A stretch of 63,984 nt of DNA, counting the filler, from Folioceros fuciformis (Eukaryota): assembly GCA_049999805.1 (NCBI GenBank). It is 5 parts of 3 records of this genome, joined end to end, with 100 filler letters (N's around TTAATTAATTAA, not from the genome) between each part and the next. Parts side by side here need not be neighbours in the genome. Positions count along the whole stretch, not along the records: positions 13,555 to 32,593 come from JBNGIO010006230.1; positions 32,694 to 55,595 come from JBNGIO010006230.1; 3 more parts are not named here. One strand, given 5' to 3'. Below are positions 25,284-36,000 of the stretch, in pieces; position 1 is the stretch's first letter; each line of letters begins with the position of its first letter. The translations under genes were made by a program, and so were the position numbers. The notes under the pieces are model-generated. The model ran no database searches. It had not been told where the DNA came from and saw only the letters and a program-made list of their open reading frames with translations.

Positions 25284-27269
25284 CTAAGTGATCCGCCGCA
25301 TAATTCCTTTGAACTTCCTCCTCATCCCCTTCAGTGGAGTTGAAACACTTGAACCTTTTGATGATTTGTTCCTGTTTGGTAGAGTTGAAACAATGGACGA
25401 TTTTGATGCCCTCCCCCTGTACGTTCGAGTTGAGACAGCATTAGTTTCTGACTGGGTCTTCCTCTTCTTGTTTGGTGGAGTCGATTCTTGGGGAGCTTGT
25501 GGCTTCGTCTTCCTCTTATTTGGTGGAGTCAATTCCTGAGGAGCTTGTGGTTCCGTCTTACTCTTCTTGGTTGGTGGAGTCGATTCTTGCGGAGCTAATG
25601 GCTTCGTCTTCCTCTTCTTGTTTCGTAGAGTCGAGNNNNNNNNNNNNNNNNNNNNNNNNNNNNNNNNNNNNNNNNNNNNNNNNNNNNNNNNNNNNNNNNN
25701 NNNNNNNNNNNNNNNNNNNNNNNNNNNNNNNNNNNGAGCCTGTGGCTTCGTCTTCCTTCTCGTGTTCGGTGGAGTCGATTCTTGAAGAGGCTGTGGCTTC
25801 GTCTTCCTCTTCTTGTTCGGTAGAGTTGATTCTTGAGGACCTTGTGGCTTTGTCTTCCTCTTCCTCTTTTGGCTTGTCCCCCTGGTTGGCAGAGTCGACT
25901 CATCAGGGGCTTCTGCCGCTCCTGCATCCGGGAAGGAGGAGGACGGCTTCAGGGCGCTTCCTCTGGGTCTGCAAGCTGCAGGCGTTCGAAGAGACAGAGG
26001 AGGCACAGGACTGATCGTTGGCGTCCACGACAGATTATTTTTCAAGGAAAACCTCAGCCTCTTTTCAGTTCGGCATTGAGTACTAACATCCTCTAATTCA
26101 CCATCATCACAGTCATCCTCTTCTTCTTCATCAGTCTCACTCTCTTCTTCACTTGATTGAGAATCAGATTCCCAGTAGGAGGTAGCCAGAGCCTCGGCTG
26201 TCGCCGTTCTCATAATATTCAAAAGGACATCATCGCGCCTTTCCTCCTCGCTTTCAGAGTCCAAAGATGCATTAGTCTCCTGCTCGATCCCTAACCTGTC
26301 TTCAGTAGTAAATCCTTCACCATCACCGCTCCTCAATCGCTTGAGAGCAGCAACCCTTTTCGGACTGCTTGAATCGATCGTGTTGCTCGACAGTCTTCGG
26401 AATTCCTGGCGCCATTGAACACCACCTATGTCGGACTCACAGTCCCTTAGGCTTCTCCTTTGCATTTCTTCAGTCTCCTCGGCCGTGTCCTCCGGAGATA
26501 AATACTTGTATGTGTAAACCCCCTCTGCCACCATCAGAAACCGTCCTCTGCGGCGCTCCGGCACTAGAACGACATCGGGCTGTGTCTCCACTGCAGAACA
26601 TCTTATCACTGGCTTCCGCTCCACTACAGAGGATTCCGTCACCCCAACATATGTCCGGCGGGGCACCGCCCCCCGGCCTAACCCCGGTGCAACAGGCCAA
26701 TTGAGAGGCACCTTGAAGCGCGTGCGCTTGACCAAAGCCCCAGCCAGCAATGTGAGGCGAGCGAGAGCAAGACGCAGCCCTAACACCCGGGACCTCCCGC
26801 CATCACCTACCCTCGCAATCCCTGCCGCAGAACCCGCACCCCTCAGCCTCTCCAACAAGGGAACGAGAGCCCCCCGGCCAAGGTGAGCCAGCAGAGGCTC
26901 CAAGACAAGCAACAAGCTATCCCTAGAGGCAGGAACAGTCGAGCGCACAACGTCAACAAACATGGAAGCCAGATGCATGCTAGATCCTTGAGCTCGACAG
27001 CTGATTCCAGAAACCAAAGCCCTATCCCTGAGCCATCCCATGCTGTCCTCGGTCCAAGTGGAGCTCCACCCAGCCTCCTCCATGGCAGGGAAGATCTGGC
27101 TCAATGCCACAGCTTCTTCCGGGAAAGGAAGCCTCACCTCAGCCCGCAAACAACGACTCCACCCTGCCACCTGCTGCTCCCGCACAGGCAATCCTCCAAG
27201 CAGCAAGGCAAAGGCCGAGAACTCCGTCATTCCAGCTGCTCCACCAGCTGCGGTGAGCGCCCCTTGCAT
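25284..27269 (-). CDS. Divergent RRP1/Nop52-related protein lacking the N-terminal part of the Nop52 domain, with acidic tract and basic 17-aa repeat tail; gap at 25636-25735
   Basis: QGSSMHLASMFVDVVRSTVPASRDSLLLVLEPLLAHLG resembles the distal Nop52 domain, and KRLRFSLKNNLSWTP..PVPPLSLRTPAACRPRGSALK resembles the C-terminal motif of plant RRP1 proteins (both recalled, not searched). ATG at 27269; TATATA ~120 bp upstream. Confidence 0.6.
   Translation of the reverse strand: MQGALTAAGGAAGMTEFSAFALLLGGLPVREQQVAGWSRCLRAEVRLPFPEEAVALSQIFPAMEEAGWSSTWTEDSMGWLRDRALVSGISCRAQGSSMHLASMFVDVVRSTVPASRDSLLLVLEPLLAHLGRGALVPLLERLRGAGSAAGIARVGDGGRSRVLGLRLALARLTLLAGALVKRTRFKVPLNWPVAPGLGRGAVPRRTYVGVTESSVVERKPVIRCSAVETQPDVVLVPERRRGRFLMVAEGVYTYKYLSPEDTAEETEEMQRRSLRDCESDIGGVQWRQEFRRLSSNTIDSSSPKRVAALKRLRSGDGEGFTTEDRLGIEQETNASLDSESEEERRDDVLLNIMRTATAEALATSYWESDSQSSEEESETDEEEEDDCDDGELEDVSTQCRTEKRLRFSLKNNLSWTPTISPVPPLSLRTPAACRPRGSALKPSSSFPDAGAAEAPDESTLPTRGTSQKRKRKTKPQGPQESTLPNKKRKTKPQPLQESTPPNTRRKTKPQAXXXXXXXXXXXXXXXXXXXXXXXXXXXXXXXXXXSTLRNKKRKTKPLAPQESTPPTKKSKTEPQAPQELTPPNKRKTKPQAPQESTPPNKKRKTQSETNAVSTRTYRGRASKSSIVSTLPNRNKSSKGSSVSTPLKGMRRKFKGIMRRIT
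25460..25870 (-). repeat. Coding 51-bp tandem repeat (QESTPPNKKRKTKPQAP), at least 6 copies visible around a gap
   Basis: Repeated forward-strand unit GGCTTCGTCTTCCTCTTCTTGTT.GGT.GAGTCGATTCTTG; the assembly gap lies inside the array. Confidence 0.9.
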
Positions 27270-28373
27270 GGCGCCTCTGGAATTCCTGCGGAGCGGCAAC
27301 AATCACAACATTTGCCGTTCCGGAGTCGTGGCCTGGAAGCGCGTTAGGTCCGCCAGCACAAAATGCAAAGAGACGGCAAGCGCCAAGCATATATAGCGGA
27401 AGGCGCCTCGGACCGGAATTCCCTTCCTCCATAAGCTTTACTGTTGGTGGCCGACGAAAGTGGATGCTTTCTTCTCCGCGTTCGTGGCCTACGCGCATGC
27501 CAGCTTTCGAACTTCCTAAATGGTAACACCGCTTGTTTACGATTGCCGAACACTCGAGGCTGGAAGATGGCACTCCTAGCGTTGATGTGCAGTGCAATAC
27601 ACGGTTCGGATTCCCTGTTTCGCCTACAATCGAAATGGAACTATCGGCTTTCTACGTCTCTTGCTCTGGCTCATCGTTCGTAATTAGAAATGCTGATGTT
27701 ATATAAATTCATGTACCTCGACATTTTGAATTTCCCATGTTCTCCCATTTTTCAATAATAAAAAAACATAAAATAGTATATTTGTATATATATATGTATG
27801 TAATGTATCTAAATTGAAACTCATGACTACATTTGTAAGTGTCTGCGGAGATGCAGATTCAGTCACCTCACTCGTCAAAATTTGGTTGCTGTTTCGTGGG
27901 ACACAGAAAGAGAGACTCGGCGACCTGGTTGGTTTTGGCGGTCTGGCGACTTGGCGCGGTCACGGTAGGTTTGTTGATCTTGACGTCTCATTGCTTGAAG
28001 CACGGACGCCCAAAGGGTGTGGTTCCGTAGAACGCTGGGTGGCGCGAGCGTGAGACATGTGAGATGCAGGGCACGTAGAGGTGTGGGGGCTTAGCGAGTC
28101 GCGCGTTGAATCAAATGTTTGCGGAGAGCTGCAGGGAGGGGGGAGATTGAGCGAGATTAACAGGAGCGTCTTCTTCCCCGGACTCTGTACACAAAGCCAT
28201 TTCAAAGTGTCTTTGCAGACAATATATGTGTGGAGTTCCAATTGCCATCTGGGTCTGGGGGCCACAACAAATCAACAACAGCATACAGTACAATCTTGGG
28301 CATCACGATGGGAGGGCAGGAATTAACAAAAAAGGCTCAGTGACAGACAGTGCTAGCCCAATTCATGCCCAGT

Positions 28374-29047
28374 TTAACTAGAATGATGTTTGCAAAGCAC
28401 GTTCTTGGATTCCGCTCCCACAGGGCTGGAAGGGGACTTTTGGTAGGCGATGAGGTAGTTGACGTCCGCAGCAGAGATCCCGAATGCCTGCTGCAGAACC
28501 TCGGTGGGCAGCGACGGGGTAGATCCGAACAGGGCCGCGCCCGATCCCTGCGCGCCGGGGAACTGGCTGTTGAGGGCGGCGATGAGCACGGCGGGCTCTT
28601 TGCCCACGTTACGCTGGAAGTGGAGCAGGCCGCGGGGGAAGGCAAACACGTCGCCCGCCTGCAGCGTTTCTTGGTATAGCACCCCGGTGCTGGCGGCCAC
28701 AAATCCAACCACCACAGTCCCCTTCTGCACGTACAGCAATTCCGTGGCCCGCGGGTGAGTGTGCGGCGGGTTGAGTCCGCCCACGCCCAGATCGACCCGC
28801 GCCATCGAGATGCCCTGCGTGTTGAGCCCCGGGAGCGTGATGGGCGCCGCNNNNNNNNNNNNNNNNNNNNNNNNNNNNNNNNNNNNNNNNNNNNNNNNNN
28901 NNNNNNNNNNNNNNNNNNNNNNNNNNNNNNNNNNNNNNNNNNNNNNNNNNAGTCCGCCACGCAGAAGTCCTGCAGCGGGTCGGGGTCGCTCGCCGTCGCC
29001 ACCACCGCGAGCGCTAGCATGACCGCGCACACCCACGACCGAGACAT
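28374..29047 (-). CDS. Germin-like protein (cupin), secreted; gap at 28851-28950
   Basis: Signal peptide MSRSWVCAVMLALAVVATA, SDPDPLQDFCVAD, PGLNTQGISMARVD, germin box GGLNPPHTHPRATE, GDVFAFPRGLLHFQ, NSQFPG. The frame change across the gap is an artefact of the fixed N100. Confidence 0.95.
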
Positions 29048-30254
29048 GGCTGTTCCGCTCCTCGCTCCTCACTGCTGGCCAATGCAATTGTCTGCCGCTG
29101 CTGGCGATCGAGACACTGCCCAGGTCCTGGACTTGCGAGGCAACTTTATACCGCTGTCACCCATAGGATCGCCACAGCTCACTGTGGTGGTTGTACTTCC
29201 CATACACGGTAAGATATCTGTGTACAACTCGGCAACATATCTATACATAGACACTGCTCCAGGCTCCTTCCCTTTCCTCTGCCACGTTCTCCGCGCAACT
29301 TGCGCTCGCCTCGAAGCAAGGCAACTTGCCCATTGTGTCACGCTGTCAGTCAGCCGATAATGTTTGACGCTTTCAAATTTCCTCACCGAATTCCTGCCTC
29401 CTCGCTCACAATGCGGCTGCAGGAATGTAGTGCAAGTGCCGAAAATAGACCATCCATCCGTTTGACATTTTCATCCTGGCCTCTAGCTAGGCTTGGAGCA
29501 AAATCCCGGCTTCCAACTAGGCTTGGTGCAACATCCTGACTTCCATCCGGTCCTGTTGCCAAATAAGAGGGGAGAGCCATGTACTCTTGGGCAATGGAGT
29601 AGTGCTCAAGGCAGATTTAATTTTGATTTGATTTTGATCCTTCTCTTTGCAAAGTGCGCTAGCTCCCACCATTTTACTACAAGACAACAACTAGTACGAA
29701 ACAATGTGTCATGGATGTCCAGTTCTAGGTAGGCCTTTCTTCTATCTCAAACAATGACATTCTTGCAACCATAGGTAATTTTATCATGGGTACCAAGGCC
29801 ATTCGCAATTACTATAAGTAGAAAACTATTGAGGGGTCTAAACTTATCCCGAGTTTAACCGTATTCGAACCCGTTAAGGCGTCCGAGTTCGCAAAATTGG
29901 TTAGCCGCGAGTTGTAAAAACTAAAACCTTTTCCACACTTGCATGCCATCCAAAGCGGAACTCGGACATCCTTAAGTAACATCTTGGAGTGCGATCCATC
30001 TTAGAGCGTGATCCATTTGTAAGCGCGATCTAGCTACTCTAGCGCCAAATTTGAAATGGCTCCTCATGTTATCTTGACTCAACCATCACCTTCTTCTCCT
30101 TGCGGGTCTTCATGTGTTTGCTTTTCCTTTATTTTTATTTTCTTATTATTTGTCAATTTTATTTTCAGTTAGTTAGGTTAATTGACGGGGATAGTTGGTG
30201 TGCTCACTAGGGTGATTATAGGGCATGTACCAATTTGGCTTTGGTACCAAATCG

Positions 30255-30407
30255 TAGAATCAGCTTAATATTAGGTTTATGTTAGAATCAGCTTAATATT
30301 AGGTTCATGTTAGAATCAGCTTAATNNNNNNNNNNATCAGCTTAATATTAGGTTCATGTTAGAATCAGCTTAATATTAGGTTTAGGTTAATATTAGGTTC
30401 AGGTATA
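30255..30407. repeat. 28-bp minisatellite
   Basis: TAGAATCAGCTTAATATTAGGTT(T/C)ATGT repeated at least 4 times, with a 10-N gap inside. Confidence 0.9.
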
Positions 30408-30811
30408 GGATCGATTTTCGTGAAGAAAGGATTCCGATTAAATTATTGGAAGATATCTTCCACTTACAATAGATAGGGGACCCCTAACTTACATACGTAC
30501 AGAGCATGCACACCATGAGAGAGGGGATAGTCGACCTCATAATGCATTTGAATCATCAACTACCGTAGATGCGGCTTTGTGGAAGTGGGGCGTATCTCTC
30601 GCCTAGCATCTCTCTAGTGGAGAGAACAACAGGAAGACTAGTAAGCCAATGGCACTAGGTTGAGTAGCTAGGAGCTTGGGCCATGATGGGATGTGAGGAT
30701 GATGGCAAGCCAGAGAGCTATGGACGAGGGAACGTGTGCTGCTAAGACGCTGGCCACCAATAGCCATAGTTGAACAAAAGCCCAGGGCCATGCAAGCGAA
30801 CAAGCAGGAGG

Positions 30812-31258
30812 CTAGCATTGACCAGAAGCATTTTTAGGCTCTCCCTCCTCGACCTCGACCTCCCTAATTGGCTTCCAATTATGGAGGGAGGACACCACTT
30901 CCAACTCGATTAAGCAGTTAGTGTGAGCAAAAAGGCGAACCATGAAAGGTGAGAGGAGGGAGGGATGGGAACAATTTGTTAGCAGGTTGGCTCTTTCCTC
31001 ACAGGCCCACACAAAAATAATTCGAGTCCAATTCACCCGTGCACCACTGACCACCTCATGGAGAAAGACAAGAAAATGATTGGCCATATGGTCTATCTTC
31101 TTGCTCTGCAAGAAGCATAAGATCCATTTGGCCAGTCCCACCAACGGAGCTAAAGCCAATTGGCGGACTACCCACCCATTGTTAGTTCTCACCTCTCTAG
31201 GCTTCATGAGGGTAGTTACAGTAGTCTTCAGAGTCTTCTTTCTCTGAAAGCCGATCAT
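30812..31258 (-). mobile_element. Probable decayed transposon-associated ORF fragment
   Basis: HEVVSGARVNWTRIIF...LLSPFMVRLFAH resembles accessory ORFs of plant LTR elements and lies in repeat-rich DNA. No catalytic motif was seen. Confidence 0.3.
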
Positions 31259-32146
31259 GATATTTCCCTGTTCTGCTTCTTTACGTTCTTATATCTCCCG
31301 AAAAAGCTCTAGGCTCCAGTCTTGCAGTCTCTATCTTAGGCTTGCTTCTACCATCCTCACCCTCATGTACTGGGCGCACTCCTATACCAACGCTAGGCTG
31401 TAATAACACCACTTTTTCCCCATGAATCCTAGCCCCAGCTCCTACACCTGAGGACCAGCACGGACCTTTCAGTGGTCCATGTTAGGCCATTCAGTGGTTG
31501 CAATCGTTGCTGCGGCTTGAGGAGCCATCCCACTTCTCCTGGTTTCCTCCCTTCACCGTCCACGTCCCGCCTGTCCAACATCCCAGCTCGCGGCACCCCT
31601 CTCGCTCTGCTCCATTGTATGTCCACGGCCGTAGGTCCTTCTAACCCTCGTTTTCGTGTGTCAGTCTTCTCCTTGTGGCTAGCCTTACCACAATTTTTCT
31701 TTTACTTTGCCTTGCCATTAGAACACACTAGATCGGGGTGCTAGAGGGTTCGCCTTCCTTGTTGCGCGCCGCGTCCAATAGTGGCTGCTACTCACTCCTT
31801 GTCTGAGCTCCACCATTAGGATTGTTATTTCCACTGGGTCCGGTCAGTACGTTCCATGTTCCCCCACTGTGGGGGAACGAGCTGCCTCCCCACTTGAACG
31901 AACAACAGTGGCTGAATGTGGACCCCCCCTCTTCCTTTTATAGGCACCTAGCTAATCCTAAACTGCCAAGGGCCGAGGAACTTTGGGTTTGGCCCTACCC
32001 CAATGTCAATATCCGAGGACTTGTTATTAGTTGAAAAATAAAAAACCAAAATGAAAGTCGAAGAGCAAAGCTGCCATGGGCCAAGGAGACTTTTGGGTAT
32101 AAAGGTGCCGCCCAGACAATACTTAATCACTCTATTGATCAAAGCA

Positions 32147-32225
32147 CAAAAAAAAACTACAAAGGTCCTATCACCCAACTGTTCCGAAAAAAAACTACAA
32201 AGGTCCTATCACCCAACTGTTCCGA
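32147..32225. repeat. ~39-bp direct tandem duplication
   Basis: AAAAAAAACTACAAAGGTCCTATCACCCAACTGTTCCGA occurs twice. Confidence 0.9.
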
Positions 32226-32326
32226 GGGGAGTTTCTGCACCTGTGACCTTCCACAATGATCCGAATGTCAAAGCTCCTCAAGCTTGCTAGAAATGTCAAA
32301 GAGGGGGATACCATTCAGAGAAGGTA

Positions 32327-32593
32327 CTATGGATGACGTGCAAAACATGCGGAAAGAATTCTGAAAGCCACATGTGGGTCCCCTAAATTGGCGAGGTCAT
32401 GCGCATGGACTAGGTCCTCGTGAAGGACTGCATCCACAAAGCCTTGGGAAAAGGTTGGAGGCCCCAACGGGACCCCCAGAACGCGAAGGCCTTGTGATAA
32501 ACCTATTGCACTCCTTGAGAAGACCAGAGGAGACAATTTAACAAAAGCTAAACTTAGAAAACTTCACCTTCAGACCAATAGAAGCTAACTCAA
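32327..32593 (-). mobile_element. Fragment of CRE-like non-LTR retrotransposon (post-RT region) at the contig end
   Basis: QGLRVLGVPLGPPTF..FVDAVLHEDLVH..DL..LGDPHVAFRILSACFARHP aligns with QGLRVLGVPVGPPHF..FVDEALDEDLAH..DL..IDDPQIAFGILSSCFAQRP in ORF 53631-54317. Confidence 0.85.
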
Positions 32594-32693
32594 NNNNNNN
32601 NNNNNNNNNNNNNNNNNNNNNNNNNNNNNNNNNNNNNTTAATTAATTAANNNNNNNNNNNNNNNNNNNNNNNNNNNNNNNNNNNNNNNNNNNN
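32594..32693. other. Artificial contig linker
   Basis: N44-TTAATTAATTAA-N44. Confidence 0.95.
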
Positions 32694-33006
32694 CCATTTG
32701 CTGGGCCTCGATGCTGGTGACGAGGCAGCGGCGTGGCAAGGGACAGCGAAGCTTCTACTTCTCCCACGTCCAAATTTCAGTTCGCCATTCGCGACTCGCG
32801 GCTCGCCCCGGGTGCTTGCTGAGGATTGGTGGTGCCCATTCCAGTCTGTGCTGTCGTTCCGGGGAGCGCGGTTTCCGCATTTCCCGTTGCGGACCTCTCC
32901 GCGGATGTGCGTGCTGCAGAGCTCGGTGTGCGGTGAGGCTGGGACGATGCGGAATGCCTGAGGCGCTTCCCCCGGCCGGCTGAAGGGTAGAGAGGGAAGG
33001 ACGGAG

Positions 33007-36000
33007 ATGGATTTTGCGACGAGTGTTGAGGGGCTGGGCGCGGTGCTGCTCACTGCCTGCCCTGCGCCCGGCGTTTCTGGAGACGCGTCCTTCGTGTACA
33101 GGATATGGCTGTGGGTCAAGTACGTGCTCTTCGCCTTTTGCCCGCAGCATCTGCTGGTTGCGGCGGTGCACCTGGTGTTCGTGCTCGGGGTGCTGCTCTA
33201 CGCCGGGTTCCGGCTGGTGGCAGTGCGGGCGGCCAATGCCGCGCATCAGAACGGGGCCGACGAGGCGGTTTCAGGGAAGCAGCTGCTGCGTGCCAGCGCG
33301 GTTTATAGTACCACTATTGTTGCTACGGGGGTGGTGAGTGTGGCTCACGTGGCCATCGCCGTGTGGAGGCTGTGGTTGGGCTGGTGGGGAGGATACGATG
33401 TGCCGGTGCAGGAGCTGGTGTTTTCGTGGAGTCTGGCTCTGGCTTGGCTCACCTTTGCTGCTATCGTGGGGCACGAGAGGAAGTTTCGGGCAACCACACA
33501 TTCGGCCATTCTGCGGTCGTGGTGGGTTGTGAATTTTGTGTTCGGGTTGCTGGCGTTGTATACCAGTGTGTACCGGTTTGTGACTGATGCACCGCACATA
33601 ACGCAGCTCTGGGTGGACGGGGTGCTTGCCATTGCCACCTTTCCGGTGGTGGGTTTCCTGTTTGTCATTGCCTGTGTTGGGTCCACGGGCTTGTCCCTGG
33701 TGGAGGGTGGTCTGGAGGAGCCGTTGCTGGTGGAGGATTCTGACTTGTTCGGAGAGTATGATATTACCGGCTTCGCCACCGCAGGCTTTTTCAGCAAACT
33801 TACTTTCACTTGGATGAATCCCCTGCTTGCTAGGGGTAACGAACATCCTCTTGAATTGAAGGACGTGCCTCAGCTGGCTCCGGATGATCAGGCAGAGCAG
33901 CTTTACGACAGGCTCAAGGCTGGGTTTCGGAGCGATAGGGGAAGGCGCACTGTGAGAGCGGCCCTTATTTACACTTTTTGGCCCTCTTTTGCGTTCACAG
34001 GATTTCTGTGTCTTCTCAAGCTATGTGTCATGTACGTGGGCCCGTTGCTGATCACGCAGTTTGTGGATTATGCATCTGGGAAGGAGTTGTTTCCAAACGA
34101 GGGAATTGTATTGGTTGCGATTCTGTTCGCGGCCAAGTACATCGAAGTGTTGTCGTCGCACCACTACAACTTCTTCAGTCAGAAGTTGGGTATGACGCTG
34201 CGGTCGTCCTTGATTACGACTGTCTATCGTAAGGGCTTGAAGCTTTCCAGCCATGCTCGACAGTCTCACGGTGTAGGGCAGATTGTTAACTACATGTCCG
34301 TGGATGTGCAACAGATATCAGATTCCATTTTGCAGCTCCATAACGTGTGGCTGCTGCCTCTTCAGACTATTGTTGCACTCGTTATTCTCTACACTGTCAT
34401 TGGTGTGGCATGCTTCGGAGGAATTGGGATAATGATCTTTATCTTGGCCATCAGTTTCTCCTTTGCTAGTTTGCAACGCAGGTACACTGGTGAAATCATG
34501 GGAGCGAGGGATCACAGAGTAGCTGTTACCTCTGAGGTTTTGAACAGCATGAAGATTATCAAGCTCCAGGCATGGGAGGACAAGTTCAGAGTCACGATCG
34601 AACAAGTCCGGGCAGGGGAACGTGGCTGGCTGACCAAGTTCATGTATACGCTGTCAGTGAACATCTTCTTGCTTTGGTTGTCACCCCTTGCTGTGTCAAC
34701 TGCAACTTTTGCCCTGTGTGTGTTGTTAGGTACGGAGTTGACTGCTGCTAAGGTCTTCACTGCTCTCTCAACTTTTCGCATCATGCAAGAGCCGTTGAGG
34801 TTATTTCCCCAGGCTTTGATGAGTATTTCCCAGGCCCTTAATTCTGTCGATCGACTGCAGCGCTACATCTCGAGCGATGAGCTTGATGAGACTGCTGTAG
34901 AACGTTCGCCTGCTTACGTGAGCAAGTATGCTTTGGAGGTAGTGGGAGGGGCGTTCAAATGGGTCCCTGATGCTGAGAGGCCTACCCTGTCAAACATTAA
35001 TCTGCATATTGAGCAGGGTTCGTTTGTTGCGGTCGTCGGTCAGGTTGGCTCGGGCAAATCTGCTTTGCTCATGGCTTTACTAGGAGAGGTGCCCAAACTG
35101 TCAGGTACCGTGAAGGTGAACGGAAGGACTGCTTATGTGGCTCAGTCGGCGTGGATACAAAATGCAACTATCCAGGATAACATTCTGTTTGGTAGACCTC
35201 TGGACCGAGCCAAATACCAGGAGACTGTTCGAGTTTGTTCTCTTCAGGCTGACTTCGCGCAGATGGAATTCGGCGATCAAACTGAGATTGGTGAGCGAGG
35301 AATCAACTTAAGTGGGGGCCAGAAACAGCGGATCCAGCTGGCCAGAGCCGTATATCAGGATGCAGATGTCTATTTTCTTGATGATGTGTTTAGTGCCGTC
35401 GATGCTACCACGGGAAGTGAACTGTTTCAACATTGTTTGAGGGGAGCCCTTGCTAAGAAGACTGTCTTGCTGGTCACTCACCAAGTAGAGTTTTTGCCAG
35501 AAGCAGATTTGATTCTTGTCATGCGTGATGGGGAGATTGTGCAATCTGGAAAGTATGCGAGCCTGTTGGATGCAGGAACCGACTTCAGTGCGCTTATAGC
35601 TGCTCACAATGAGGCTATGGAGTTGGTTGCTGCCGGTGACGATTGGGAGGAGGATGATGAACCTGAGGAGCAAGAGAGGCAAGCCCTTCTTTCAAAGTCC
35701 CCTTCAAGCGTGTCTCGCTCTGGCTCGAGCCTGAGCAAGTCAAGATCCCTGGAGAGACAAGGAAGCTCGAAACACGGCATTCGCAAGTTGGACAGGGCTG
35801 ATAGTAAGTCAGGTTCTCAAAAGAAAGGCAAGGCAAAGCTCATCGAGGATGAGGAAAGAGCCACGGGACAAGTGGGTCTCGCAGTGTACTGGCTGTATGC
35901 AACCAAGGCTCTGAAGGGACTGCATGTCGTGGCACTCATAATATTCCAGACATTCTGGCAAGGGTTGCAGATTGCAAGTGATTACTTCCTTGCCGACCAG

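Noticed and set aside
28337-29087. Frameshifted germin pseudogene
   Set aside because: The frame change coincides with a fixed-length N100 gap; both halves are intact.
29845-29920. tRNA-like T-loop (GGGTTCGAATAC on the minus strand)
   Set aside because: No acceptor, D or anticodon stems could be formed.
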